From Paramecium tetraurelia (Eukaryota): a stretch of DNA of 64,000 nucleotides. The DNA is taken from contig CT868618.1 of the NCBI GenBank assembly GCA_000165425.1, positions 186,001 through 250,000 of the forward strand, in the 5' to 3' direction. The notes beneath the pieces were generated by a model. It did no database searches and had not been told where the DNA came from. It saw only the letters and a program-made list of their open reading frames with translations. The position numbers and the translations under genes are program-made. This document shows positions 1 to 13,400 of this stretch, piece after piece; within the stretch, counting starts at the first letter, position 1, and every line of letters starts with the position of its first letter.

Positions 1-972
1 GTTATTTATAAAGACTAATATTAAACCATTATATTTATACACTGATAGGAATAGATTGAAATAGATAATTATAAATCTATTAGCAAATGCGATGAAATTC
101 ACATCTAAAGGGAATATAATAATTAAGATTTAATAAAAAGGGTTGTTAGTGGACATTGGAGTTGAAGATACTGGCTTAGGAATCTCATAATAAGATCAAT
201 CTAAACTATTTAAAGCTTTTGGCAAACTCAAAGATAGGGAACATTAGAAATTAAATGAATAAGGAGTTGGCCTAGGTCTAGTAATTAGTCATAAAATAGC
301 ATAATAATTATCATTTGATGGATAAGGATTATAAGTAATTTCTAAAGATGCAACTTAAGAAGACCATGGATCATACTTTTATTTGACACTAAAAATTAAG
401 TATTTTCACACAAAAACCAATTTATATTAACTTTAGCAAGTCTAAATTAACGATAAAGAGTCTCTAATATAAGACACATAAATAGAGTTTTAATAAATTA
501 GACTAACAATTAATAAAGATGCTCATTCTTTTGCTGATGCTGAAAAATTTTCTGTTAAAAGCACTTGTAAACATATCCTAATAGTTGATGATAACATATT
601 CAACTAAGACGTTTTAGAAATGCTTATAAAATAATTGTAAATTCTATTTGCTTTTATGATAGTACAAATACTCAAATTGATAAAAGTAATAGCGGATTAG
701 AAGCAATTGAGTCTGTGAAATCTAAGAAATGCAATGAAAGCTGTATAGGGTATTAAGCCATATTTATGGATATGGAGATGCCAGGTTTAAATGGAATGTA
801 AGCATCTGCCCAAATTTTAAAAATTGATCCAAAAATTAAAATATTCATAGTTTCTGGATATGATAAATCTCAATTTGATGGGGAAGTCAATACTATTAGG
901 ATTAAAGATTATATTGTAAAACCAATCCATAAAGATGTCATTTAAAAGATAATATTAGAAAATTATCTATGA
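1..972 (+). CDS. Hybrid histidine kinase (HATPase_c + receiver domain), 5'-truncated by window edge
   Basis: Ciliate-code translation gives TDRNRLKQIIINLLANAMKFT (N box), VEDTGLGI (G1), LFKAFGKL (F), GVGLGLVIS (G2), then receiver KHILIVDDNIFN...AIFMDMEMPGLNG...YIVKPI. Intron at about 637-662; TGA at 970-972. Confidence 0.9.
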
Positions 973-1004
973 ATTTTACAAGCAAGTGAAAATGAAAAGT
1001 ATTA

Positions 1005-1912
1005 TCAAACTTTATTTTTTAAATTCCTAGCCAACATCTCTTATTCTTTATATTTATTTATTCTTCTCCTCAACTCATCCTACTTTTGATCGGTTACCTT
1101 TTCTTTGAATAATTCCGGTTACACTATTATTATTTAATTATTATACATTACATAATTTTGTTATCATTTTATCCTCTTTCACAAAATCAGATGAAGTTTT
1201 TAATTAAAGTGGAAATCTGCCTTTAGTATTGATTAATTATTTTGTCGGGGATGGTAACTAATTTGCATAACTATAATACTTTAAACATTTCGAGTTATTG
1301 TTCTTCCTCTTTCAATATTTATTCAAATTCTTTTATAGATCTGCAGTTCAAATTTGATTTTGGAGGTTTGTTGAAGCTTTTGTAATCGTATGATTTTGAA
1401 TCAAATAAGTTACTCATGTCTTTATAATGCTACTCATTGTTTAAATCTAGATTCTAAGCATTCTACATAGATTGAAATTGCTCTGGCTCAAGAAGACTTT
1501 GGTAATTTGAGATGCCAGTTGTAATTTTCATTTAAGGTTAGTTCTTTGAAAATGAAACAGGAAATACAAATTATTTATCTCTCTATGTTTATGACATAAA
1601 TGATTTATTTGTCGTTGTAAAATGTTCTAAATTAGGAAGTTGTTTAGGTCTTGGACATTGAGAATACCATAAAAATTTATTTCCCTTTGGAGTGTAGTAA
1701 GTGAATCTAGATTGCAATGATTTTGCTTTAGCCGGTAAATATGAAGGTTTAAGAGCCAACTTTAATCGTTATTTAAACCCAACACGTCCTGTCAAAGAAG
1801 GATCGAATTCTTTAATATAATCTCCTGTCTTGTAAACTCTTTACTTTTCCCCAGTCTTATTGTTTATTAGGTAATAATTATTTGTTTCTTAATCATTCCA
1901 AAATGAGATCAT
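1005..1912 (-). CDS. Hypothetical protein
   Basis: ATG at 1912 (MISFWNDQETNNYY...), long TGA-free frame with short GT-AG introns. 3' end approximate. Confidence 0.5.
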
Positions 1913-1959
1913 TTTTCTCTATTAAAAATTATATTATAATCATTTAGTTAAAGCAATTT

Positions 1960-3435
1960 ATTGGTTATCTTTTTAGTAACCACTTTATTCCTCTTAATCC
2001 AAAGTAAATTAGCTTAATGAACTGAGTTTTTCCAAAATTTCATTATAATTCTGTACCTAAGTGGTACCAGCCTTTGGACCATACAGAGGAATTCGAGTAA
2101 CAATAGATGACTTCTGTTTATCTCGACTTATAAATTAACAATTAGGACTACTATAATCCTAAAGATAATGATTAAAGGAATCTTTATTGGGACTTTCTTC
2201 AATTTAGGAAGTGTTGAATTCACACATTTTCTATTTATTTGCTATTATCCATTATTGTGAAAGAAAGGATGTTATAGGCATTATTAAGAAATAAATCTTA
2301 AATTGAAATTAGTGTTTGTCATTTTTAATCTAAGTTAAATGTGAATATTTTACAGTAGATCTTTAGCATAGAAGTCTAATTATTGATTTTGGTTTCGAAA
2401 AATCCACTTAAACTTAACATTCATTGTTCATTTTTTAAATATCCTAATGATCACTCCCAATAAATAAACCTTATCCAAACAGTAATGCATGAAATATCAC
2501 TCCTGCTGAAAAATATCACAGGCAGAAGTGTATGGCTTCGTTTTATCAACTAAGTTTACAATTTCAGGAGCTACAAACCCAGGTGTGCCATATTTTGGAT
2601 ATATATAAGGATAAGCATCAACTTCTACTGAAAATCTAAAATCTGTTATAGCCGAAGAATTTAGATTCCATTTTTCTTTAAATAAAATATTTTCTGGTTT
2701 TAAATCTCTATGCAGATTCGTTTAGAATCTATATAGTGTATGCAAAATCATATTCTCCAAAAGAATACAAAAAAAATATAAAAAATTCTATTATTTTTAA
2801 TAAAAAATTAATATAACATATCATAAATTTGAATGCTCATCTTTGTATTTTTTCTAATATTTGAGCCTCTTTTTAAAAAAACCCTTATAGATCTACTATG
2901 ATTTTTCCCCTAATATATTGATTTATAAGATATTTATTTATTTAATATAATTATCACAATCAATAATTATTTCCATATAAGTTTTATATTTGGACAGAGA
3001 CTTTTGCCCTTAGTAAATCTTTTTAGTATCTATTCATTTTCCACTTTATTATGAATTATTCTACACTCACTCGTGTTCTTAAACACAAATAATTTGATAA
3101 TATGATTTAGTAGATATTTTTGGTACTCAATGGATTATTATTTACCAATTCTTTGTCCTAAATATTAAATTTGTTCTAATAAACTCTCCATTTTTAATTT
3201 ACAAATTGCATTATTATCTAATGATTTTTGAATGTGTCTAATTTGTGAATCTCCAGACTAATCGCTTTGTATAAGAACTAGAAAAAATCCGATCAGGCTT
3301 TTTATATTTGAATCCCATTAGTAAATATCTTTCTGATATCTACTTTATTTGCAATCACACAGTCTAGAATGATATAGAAATACTGAATGGATGAACCAAG
3401 AAACAATTTTTTAATAGACGACATTGATATAATTC
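1960..3435 (-). pseudogene. Degraded Ser/Thr (CAMK-like) protein kinase pseudogene
   Basis: [19 protein letters not shown] (DFG lost) and YGTPGFVAPEIVN are present. Apparent 1-nt deletions lie just before HRD (~2712) and within DIFSAGVIF (~2510). Boundaries approximate. Confidence 0.7.
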
Positions 3436-3436
3436 A

Positions 3437-5474
3437 TCACAAGATTTAGAAAGCTTTATTATTAATGATTATGTCTTCAATTGATGCAGTCAACAACTAT
3501 AATTCTTCTTGTTTAATCTACAGAAGTTCTTCATAAGCTCTTTTAGTTATTTCTAATTATTTATTCATTAATGATGATTGACTTGCGTGCACCTTCTTTT
3601 TCTTCTTACTTTTAACTTATTCCTCTGTTTTTTCTAACTTATATATGGTTTCTTCCAATTACTCTTTAATTAATGGAAATTCCGCAAGTTATTTATCTTA
3701 CAAAGCTATTTTTTGTAAAGATTACTCAAACTAGCTTCTGATTACATTATTATCCTAAAATACTTATTTTAATAAATTACTTCAATCAAATTCAACACTT
3801 TATCTTTTGCTTCCTATAATTCTTATTCATATTTATGTTATTCAACAAAGAACTATTCTAATTTAATTTATAATTCCTTCATTTCTTTCTGTAATTCGTT
3901 TTATTTCTCTTCGTATAATGCTCTCTCCGCCAGTAAGTCAGAACATTAAGTTTTCCAGAAAGATACTTAAGATGACAAAATTTCTTCGTCAAAACTTGAA
4001 TCCTATTTCTTAATAGAATTGGAACACTCATATTTTTCATTAGTTTATGTGTGTACATCCAATTTCAATTTTTGATCTCCTTCTATTAAATAATTAGATT
4101 TAGTTATTAATTAAGACAATTCCAATCCAAGATTCCTTTTTTGAGTGAAAATTCCACTGAAATTTCTTCTTTCTTCCCCATCATTTAAGGAAATTAACAT
4201 AGCTGAACTATTTTCCAATTAAGATTATTCTGTTTTATTGTGGATATTGTGTTCAAGATCTATGATTTCTTATTTCAATCTGAATATTTCCTATTCTCTT
4301 AATTTCAATTATCTACACAAAGATTCATTCTCTGATCTGGCTTTGGAAATATCAAATTCTTATTAGCTTTAGATTTTTTAATTTTATTTTTATAATTACT
4401 TTTACTAATCTAATTTTTATTATAACTAAGTGACTTTATTATTCAATTCAATGTTTTCTTCTTTCAATTTTGAGTTCTATTTCAAATTTTCCTTATTTTT
4501 AGTTTATTCTTGTAGAGATTCAGACAGCTGAGTTTTAAGTTATTCACAATATTTTTCTAATTTTTGCATTTAGGTATATTTTCTATATCCTGCTTCCAAT
4601 TTATTTCTCAAATCTCTTACTATCTCTTCATGAACATCTTTTTCTTATTATTAATCGTTTTTTAAAGTTTCAATAATTTATTACATCCCTTTGATATCAT
4701 CAATTCTATTATGAATATACTCACAAACTTCACTAACGGAATTTGTTTATGTAACTTCATAAATTTGATTTAAATCGTCATTCAATGAATTTATTGTTCT
4801 CTATCGTAATTCTAAATCTGCTTGTACAACTTCAATATCATCTTGCATCTTTTTTTTCTCCATTTCATATTATTCTTTAAAAAGTATTAATTCTTAATTC
4901 AATTGCTAATTTTCATACTCTAATTCTTCAAATTTCCTTAATACATCATCAGATATCTTCGATTCTTGATCTTATGAGATTGAGGATTATTCTTCTTGAA
5001 TTATTTTTAATAGAACCATTTAAGTTTCTTAATCCAATTACATCATAGGAGTTACTAATTCACTTGAATATGTAGAATTTGTAAGTCCTTGAATAAGACT
5101 TACCATCTAATGCTAAATAATAAGTTTATACCATCTCTAAAATACACTACTCATTTCTATTTTTTACAATTTAAAGAAAATTTGGCTTTTATTAAAGTTT
5201 TAGTTTGCTTTCAAATGCACTCCATAACTCCTTCATTACTTTCATTTACATTTCCCAATTTTCGCTCTATTCCAATTAAATTTCAATTTCAAAACTTAAT
5301 TATGATAATTGCACATACATGTGATATAAAATTTATTATAGAGCAATACCTGAACTAAAATCTGCTATTTGATTCAGTTTAGGTTGAATAAATTCAAAAG
5401 AGTTGATCTACTTACATTCGTATACTTACTAAATTTAAAATAGATGAAATTTGCTTCTAATTTTTACTATTCAT
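3437..5474 (-). CDS. Hook-family-like protein (N-terminal Hook/CH-like domain + long coiled coil)
   Basis: MNSKNQKQISSILNL..IADFSSGIALQQILYH and MMQLDQETQMVLLKIIQEE resemble the Hook domain. A long E/K/Q-rich heptad region follows, and C-terminal KQEELQLLTAS resembles the Hook tail. TGA at 3437. Confidence 0.55.
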
Positions 5475-6359
5475 AAAATATAATTATTGAATTTATTGTA
5501 AATAAAACTAGATATAAAATTGATAAAGAAAAGCAATGAATGAAAATTTTAAGTTTACTAATGCAATAATAAGGTTGATATTTATAGATTGATTTAGTAT
5601 TATAAATACATAATTTGACATTAAACTATTGATTTAACATAAAATTGTAAAATCAAATTGGAGCAGTTTCTTTTGATAATTTTTGCTGCTGCAAATATTT
5701 TTATAGTGTAAGTTATAAAATTGATTAATCTCTCAATTATCACAAGGATTATTCTAATTAGCAAGTGGAGACACAAAATCCTTTAACTTTAAATTAATCA
5801 TCCTTAATATAAAACACCTGAATTAAATTGTTTTATTGCTACATTGAAGTGTCTAGTAACATAATAATAGTTGCAATTATTAGAGAAATAAAATTAATCG
5901 AGTCTCTTCATATTTTTTATATTATGAAATTTTATTCTTTGTGCCATCGACCAAATCAATAAGTATTTCAAATGATAATTAGGACTTATTTTGGTAGCTT
6001 TATTTCAAATTAATTGACTTTTTTAATTCATAATGATATTGTATTTTACTGTTTTTTAAGTCATACTTTATACAACTGCCAAAATTAAAAAAAAATAATA
6101 CAATGAATAAAATCAATAATAAACTTATGTAGAAAATTTTAAGGATCGAATGCTAATAAAGAGTTTCATTCTTTGATTGAACATCTAGCTACATTAATAA
6201 ATATAAAAATATATTAGAAGCTTATTTTAAAGAACTCATTTGTTAATTTATTTAATTATAATCTTCATAAATAATGAATAGATCTTATATTATTTATCTA
6301 ATCCTCAAGAAGAAAAATGTTTAAATTAATATATAATTCTGTGAAAATACACTATCAAA

Positions 6360-7256
6360 TCATGCAATTAAGGCTAAGAGGACAAATGCTCCCAAAATGA
6401 CTGAATTACTCATGTCATCGTTGTCAACCAAATCATCACAAGCAACACATTTATTGTCTGATGACCATTTGTAATTTCTGAAAGTTCTTGCATAACAGTT
6501 ATCTTTGGTGAAAGCTGAGGTATCAGCAGCATCAGCGCAAGCATTATTAGCCCAAGAACATAAGCTATAGGTGGTATCACCTGTGCTAATGGCGTTACAT
6601 GTTAATTCAGATGAGGCATCTGAGCATTTTTCAGCACGGCAAGCAGATCCTTCATAGACACAACTTCCTGAAGCGTTACATAAATTTGTGAAGTTATTAA
6701 GATCTGAGCAAGCACTGACTGCTCCCAATGATTTGCATGTGTTATCGTTAGCCCAAGCACATCTTGTTGTTTTTGTATCATATCCAAGGCATGTGGCAGC
6801 AGTTGTGAATGATGAGCATGTAACAAAAGTGTAGGCTGCGCAAGATCCTGAAGATGCTGTGCACCATTCGCTTCCTGGGCAGTTTTCTGCGGAGTAATCA
6901 GTACAAGCTGAGAAGCTAGCACAAGCATTGCTCTTGTTCCAATAACAATCGTCAATATCGTTACAAAGGGCGGCGGTTGTTCCATCAGAGCATGAGGGGT
7001 CCCAATCTTCACAAGATCCACTGTTCCATTTGCATGAATCGGCAGCATCGCAAAGAATTTATGATGCTAAATCTGAGCAACCCAAGCTGTACTCTTGGCA
7101 TTCAGAATCTGATGTATTCCAAAGACACCAAGATAAGGCTAATGCACAATCTGTTTGATTGAGTTCTGTGCAGTCACAATGTTGAGAAGCATCAACTGTG
7201 ACAGCTGCTGATGTTAAACCAATGAGGCAAAGTGAGATCAACAGTTTTCTATACAT
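6360..7256 (-). CDS. Cysteine-rich surface protein (mini-antigen-like), signal peptide and probable GPI anchor
   Basis: Intronless 298-aa ORF joined across one TAA=Gln. N-terminal MYRKLLISLCLIGLTSA, periodic Cys with C-x-W repeats, hydrophobic C-terminus SNSVILGAFVLLALIA. Confidence 0.9.
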
Positions 7257-7279
7257 TTTTTTAATTATTAATGAGTATC

Positions 7280-7310
7280 TTTAAAAACCCCCTTATAAAC
7301 AGCGACAGGT
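7280..7310 (-). promoter_or_regulatory. Possible TATA-like core element of the surface-antigen gene
   Basis: On the minus strand, CTGTCGCTGTTTATAAGGGGG lies about 35-50 nt upstream of the ATG and is unusually GC-rich for this intergenic DNA. Confidence 0.2.
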
Positions 7311-9107
7311 AAATTAAAATGGCAACAATAAATAAATTAATTTGAATTAATTCAAAAATAATATATTGTACATGATTTCAATTTTTTTTTACATTAATTA
7401 TTTTAAAATTTTGAAAAAAGCATAATTTTTATTTGTGTAATTTATGAGATATCTTTATTAAAATGAATACAAGCATGTATTACATTACTTTTATGATAAA
7501 ATGGCATTTTCTTTTTTTAACAAACTGTCTTCAGCATCTTATAAAGAGTTTGATCATACTTTCAATTATAAATGAGCTTAAGTAGAACAGTCAGGAACTC
7601 AAATTTCGAAGCTGCTTCTCACTCTAATTATTATATGTATGAATGATTTTGGATTACCACTGCTTTTCATGAACTTTTCATGACTTGTTCGTATTTTTTT
7701 TTAACATAAATGAACTCAATTTTAATCCTTACTAGAGAAAATAGTACAAAGAATTGCCTTTCTCAGGTTTTTGCACTTAATATTAATTAACCATAAATAT
7801 TAGGGCAAGGTTTTTTTTTTACTTTATATTGTTGACATTCATAGGGCAACAGTTACATTTTTGAAAGAAAATAGAGTTATGGTATTGTTGATAAATAATA
7901 GGAGTGATAACCAAAAATAAGAGAATTAAGTTTAAATAACCCTAAAAAGAAGGACTTATATGAGCAAATATATAAAATACAAATAATTGTCAACTGGAAA
8001 TTTAAATCGTTTAATTATAATCACAATTTTAAATTAAAAATAACGAATATTTTTTATTTAATTAACAAATAAAAGCTTTTGTTGTTAAATCAAAATTTAT
8101 TGTTGATCAATTTCTTAATAAACAATTTGTGTGTTATCAAAGTGATTGTTATTAAAGATTTTCATTATTCCAATATTTGTTTGCAAAGTGAACAAAATAA
8201 TTTATTTGTTCTAAAAAACAACTTAAATGTAATAATGGTAATTAATTTATAAGCTCATTCTAAATTAAGTGAGATGCCACTTTTAAATTAGCACATTTAA
8301 CGATGATGATCAGATAATGAAAAAATGTTAGGTGAATATAAGAAATTGGATGACATTAAGAAAAAAAATAAACATTAAGAATAAAAACAAAATGGAGAAA
8401 TTTATGAGATTAACAAGGTAGCTCTAATTTAATTTAAATTTAACGCTTATTTTTATTTATTTTTACAAGTTTTGAATAAAGTGAGAAATGAATTGTTTTA
8501 TGTTATAATAAATATACTCCTAATAGGATTGACATTAATGTATTATCTCATTTAGAAACAAATGAATTATAATATGAATAAACTTAAATGAATTTCACTT
8601 TTGCTCTAATTATTAACTTTATCACAAAAATTTATAGGTTTATTAGTAGTTGATCAATGTTTATTAATTATTTCTTAAAGCTACACATCTATTTTACAGA
8701 GATAAGCGCACTTTTACATTATTTCTAGCAATTATTTATCTAATTTATGAAAATAAATTATTATCAAATAGATACATAAATTAATCAAAAGTAGGGGAAA
8801 TTGAACTACTTCTGAGATCGCAATATAGTTCAGATATAGAGGATTCTGAAAGACTCTCATAACTATAGAATTTAAATTCATCATAGTTACTGCATATTTA
8901 ATGATAGGTAATAAAATTATATCTTAATCAACTTAATCCCATAATTTGAGATGAAATATGACTAAAATTTTAGAGCATTGAAGTATATAATGTAAATTTA
9001 TGTTATGTGAAATATTTAATTTAAAATTATATAATGAGAGATTAAATATAATTCGAATATAATGAGTTAGTTAAATAAACAAAATTTTGAATTAAATTGA
9101 AAACATA

Positions 9108-10686
9108 ATGCAATCAAACAAAGGGCATAAGTTAGATGAATTACTCACATGCTTTATCTGTCTATCAAACCTAACGAATCCTCATATATGTCCATGTTGC
9201 TCGAAATTATGCTGTTATTCTTGTATTACGAAATGGTTGACAGAAAATAGACAGGTTTATTAGTTGTTCTTAATTAGAATAGTGTCCACATTGCAGATCC
9301 TCTTTGAGAATTTAATAATTGGTAAATTGTAGGTTTTTAGAGGACATCGTGGCATAAAATGATCCATGTCCCCTCCATAATGCTCAATTGTAATATTATT
9401 GTGTCACATGTGCACATCCTATTTGTTCTGAGTGTGCAATGTTTTCTGCACATAAAATGCATGAGTTTGAACATATTTAAAAGGTTTTCGACTCAAAAAT
9501 CAAAGATGTAAAAACAAAAATTGAAAATGTTTAAGATAATTTGAAAACTCTGAAGCATTCAGCAATAATGATCGATGAATTGATGGATGAATTGAATCGC
9601 AGCAAAGACGAAAGAGTTCAAGAGATATAAGCATACACAGAATAACTATTGTAAAAATTGGAACAAACACACACAGCAAGAATGGGCAATCTATAAATGT
9701 AAAGATAAAGATTAAATGAAAAGATTCTAATAGCATCTGCTGAATTGGATACTATTTCATAATAGATAAAAGGCTATTAGAAAAGCAAAACAATAATGAC
9801 AGCATAAGAACTCTTATCAAGAATAGAATAGGTTGATGTTGAACCAGAGTAAATAGGTGGGATATCAATGAACTTCTAATCAGAAATAACTCCTCAGTAT
9901 GTTTGTGATAGTTTTGAATTGAGCAATTTTAGTCAGAGCGAGGAAATAGTTTATTCTGATCATCTAATTACAAATGGAATCAAGTGGAGATTAAAGATAT
10001 ATCCACATGGCAATGGGAATGCCAAAAATATTTACATATCCATATTTTTAGAGATGGATTCTAAATATTCAGAAATTAGAAGATATGAATACAAAATAGA
10101 GATGATTAATTAAAAGAGTGGCTAATCAGTAATAAGGGAATTTGCAAGTGATTTTGAAGGAGGGGAATGTTGGGGATACAATAGATTCTTTAGAATCGAT
10201 TTATTATTGAAAGATGGATACTTGGTGAATGATAATTTATTGTTTAAATATTATGTCAGAGCTCCTAACTATTACACTCAATGTTTGGATATGCAAAGAT
10301 ATATCAAGCAATTAGAATCATAAGTCAGCATTTAATAGACTACCAGAAAAATTGAATAGCAATCCTCCATTTAAAAGTTGAAGGAGGAGATAGAATAATA
10401 TGCAGAGAAAATAGAATAATTAGAATAATCACAACCAAGCAATACTTCTGAAATTTAGGAAAGTGAAGACGATCATCAATTATAATAATAGGATGAAGAA
10501 AGCAGTTTATCGAGCAATCATTCAGACTATTATTTTGATGGTTAATTTTAAGAAATCCCCATCTCTTAGGATAGCTTGCCTGTGAGGAGAAATCTTATAT
10601 AAAAATTCAATTAATCCAGCTTAGTTAACACATCTTAAAATCTGAGGAGTCCTTTGTCAGAATTTAGCGAAAATTTATATTCTTGA
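9108..10686 (+). CDS. TRIM37: TRIM37-like RING/B-box/coiled-coil/MATH E3 ubiquitin ligase
   Basis: [42 protein letters not shown] (intron ~9255-9282), B-box CPSHNAQLQYYCVTCAHPICSECAMF..HKMH, and MATH domain WRLKIYPHGNG...REFASDFEGGECWGYNRFF closely match TRIM37. Confidence 0.9.
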
Positions 10687-10720
10687 ATTAATTGCTTTAT
10701 AAATTAATAATATAAAAATT

Positions 10721-12232
10721 ATGTTTCAAGAACAATCATTCGGAGGATAAGACAAGTCGACTATAGAATGTCGAAATTTAAGGAGACATGGCAAATGCAC
10801 AGTTTCTGGTTGTCCATATTCGCATAGTGCTGCATCTGTCAAACCCAAAGTTCTAAGGAAGGTATTTTAAGGATAAGGTGGACCTAATTCTGATCCAAAT
10901 CAGCAATAAAACAATTATCGTAACAATTTTTGGAATCAAAATAATTACAATAACAATTAAAATTACCAAGGCAGAAGGGATTTTCAATTTAATCGATTAA
11001 ATCAGATAAATAACAATCAATAAGACAGATTTAAATAAAATACCTATACGAATTAGAGTAATAATTAATATTAGCAATCTCAACCCTTGCAACAATATGA
11101 TAATAGATAACAAAACTAACCATCATATTAGGGTTTACAATAACAACCCACGATTGGACTTTAGTTATTATACAAAATGAATTTCGAGAATCTTAGAGGC
11201 TTTTTGAGGATAATCAATATTAACAACAACTATTACTTTGGTCTCATTCACAATAAAGGTATAACGTTCTATCCCTACAATGAAACCAAAGGAATTGATA
11301 TTCTATCAAAGATTGATTTCGTAATTCAATTCGATGTTGAGGATGCCTTCATCTAAGAATATACCTAACAGAATAATAGGAAGGAGCTCTACTGTTTGGC
11401 AGTTGTGATCATTGAGTCGAGTTTGAAAAGCGTGTTGATTTATCCTGATTTTTTAAATTCTTAGGCTAACTTTGTAAAAGTGTCAGACATTTCTAATACA
11501 TACTTAAAATATATACATGTTAATACATTGAATAGTGAATTATACACTTTTAGTTCAGATGGTATTCTATTTGCTTATTGAAGGATTTATCAGAGTGTTC
11601 GACCTTCAAAACACTCAAAATTAATTAAAGTATTATGCTTAATAGACAGAAGTCTTTTGGTCCATATTTTTCCTTAATGAAACATCAAAGGGCAGCAATT
11701 TCCTTATTTCAACTAAGAATGGAAACATTTTTCATTACATCAACCAATAATTTACTAAATTGCATTCCCTAACTGAGCAAACATTAGTGGATGTAACTAT
11801 TGAGAATGATTCGAAACGAGTCTATTTGGCCACTAAAAGTCAGGAGATGTTTTTTATATATATAATAAACGAAAACAATGCTTTTGAAGGCCCAGTTTAT
11901 ACTCACAGATACCCTATTTAAAAAGTGATTGGATTCAAGGATTTCGACTAAATTAATTGTTTACTGGTATCTGATAACAGGGGTCAATTGGATATATTGA
12001 AGGAATAGCCATCAAATGATTAGGTGAAATTCTTAAGATAAATACAATGTATGAAATATAATATCTATGATAAGATAAACAAATCATGGGAGATGTTAAG
12101 AAAATTATGTTCTTTAAAATGAGTAACGTCAATTAAGTTGTTGAAAAAATGATCTTTGTTCAAAGATCAAAGGATCCATAAAGACAAGAGTCAACTAATT
12201 TTGAATTTTATAGGTTTTATTAGATATTTTGA
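10721..12232 (+). CDS. CCCH zinc-finger protein with N/Q-rich low-complexity region and beta-rich (WD40-like) C-terminal domain
   Basis: CRNLRRHGKCTVSGCPYSH (CCCH finger), then an Asn/Gln-rich tract at ~10880-11150. One intron near 11562-11583; TGA at 12230-12232. Confidence 0.65.
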
Positions 12233-12338
12233 ATTTATGATAACATTTTACATAAACCATATATATATCTATTATTTATATTAGATTTTTGTTGAATAAA
12301 TACAATTTTAAAATATAAAAAAGTAGAGAAATTTTGAA

Positions 12339-13400
12339 ATGGAATTATTGAGGGATTCAATTAAATTGCAAGAGGAAAACAAAATGATGAAGAAGCTTGC
12401 ACTTTTATAACAACAAGTTGGATATCCTTTAGATACTTTAATGAAGGATGAGTTCATTCATAAATTACCTGAAGAAAGTTTTATTTGGTAGGATGTCATC
12501 ATTATTAATATTTAGGACAATAATCTCGAAGAAGTACGAATTATTAACAGGGGAGAGAGCGAATAAAGAAATGATCATTTAGGAAGAGTTATATAAAAAA
12601 ATCACTTATGAAATGTTTGTAGATGAATGTTTTTAAGCAATATTGCATTTCCATTTAGTAATTACTGACTATAAATTCAACTTACATATTATTCAAGATT
12701 CCATAAGAATTCTTAAATAATAAATATCATTATTGGAAAGTCACAATCAATTAAAGTTTGATTAACCAAATAGATTATCAATCAGTTATACCAGACATAA
12801 GAGTTTAAAAACAGATATATTCAATCATTATCAAATTAAATATAGAGCATATCTTAATGGATAAGAATAAAAATCGATCTATGCAAGAGGAGATGAATTG
12901 ATCTGTTCATTTCCAATTTTAGAAGAAAGTTAAACCCTAACAATAGCTGTGTTTGGTAAGAGAAAGGAAACTGGAACAGAATTTAAGGTTTTAAGTAAAA
13001 TCGAATTAGATTTGAATGAAGTGTTGATTTCCTTTCCTTTGCAAAGTTACTCTAAAGAAACAATATAACCTTGCTTGTTGACTTTAGATTATTAAGATGA
13101 ATCACTAGATGCTCCATTCCATGGAAAGAACCCAATAGAACTTTAGTATTACTTGATTAAAATTATAGCTTTTCGCTTTCCATGCCATCAGAGCAAAGAA
13201 TACAAACGATGAAAATTCTTAAGTTGAGGCAAGAAGAGTTTGGAAATCAGATCAGATAAGAAATAGAAGGCAGGAACTCTTATATTTAATCAATCATCTA
13301 ACCTTTTAATGATTTGGTTTATATCCCTGGAGAAAATCTAAAAATTAAAAATGAAGTCGATTAATAGAGATTTTCATGCTCAGCTTGTCAAATATTCTGA
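12339..13400 (+). CDS. Hypothetical protein ending in a CaaX prenylation motif (CSACQIF*)
   Basis: ATG at 12339, several short introns, terminal codons TGC TCA GCT TGT CAA ATA TTC TGA. Confidence 0.6.

Noticed and set aside
5089..5358. Standard-code ORFs antisense to real genes (also 9500, 13493, 17535, 17812, 23468, 36232, 50727, 54908, 58755 and others)
   Set aside because: They lie opposite or out of frame to well-supported ciliate-code genes and contain no recognisable motifs.
6602..7162. ORF-track entries 6602..7048 (-) and 6977..7162 (+)
   Set aside because: They are alternative-frame or antisense shadows of the GC-rich surface-antigen gene.
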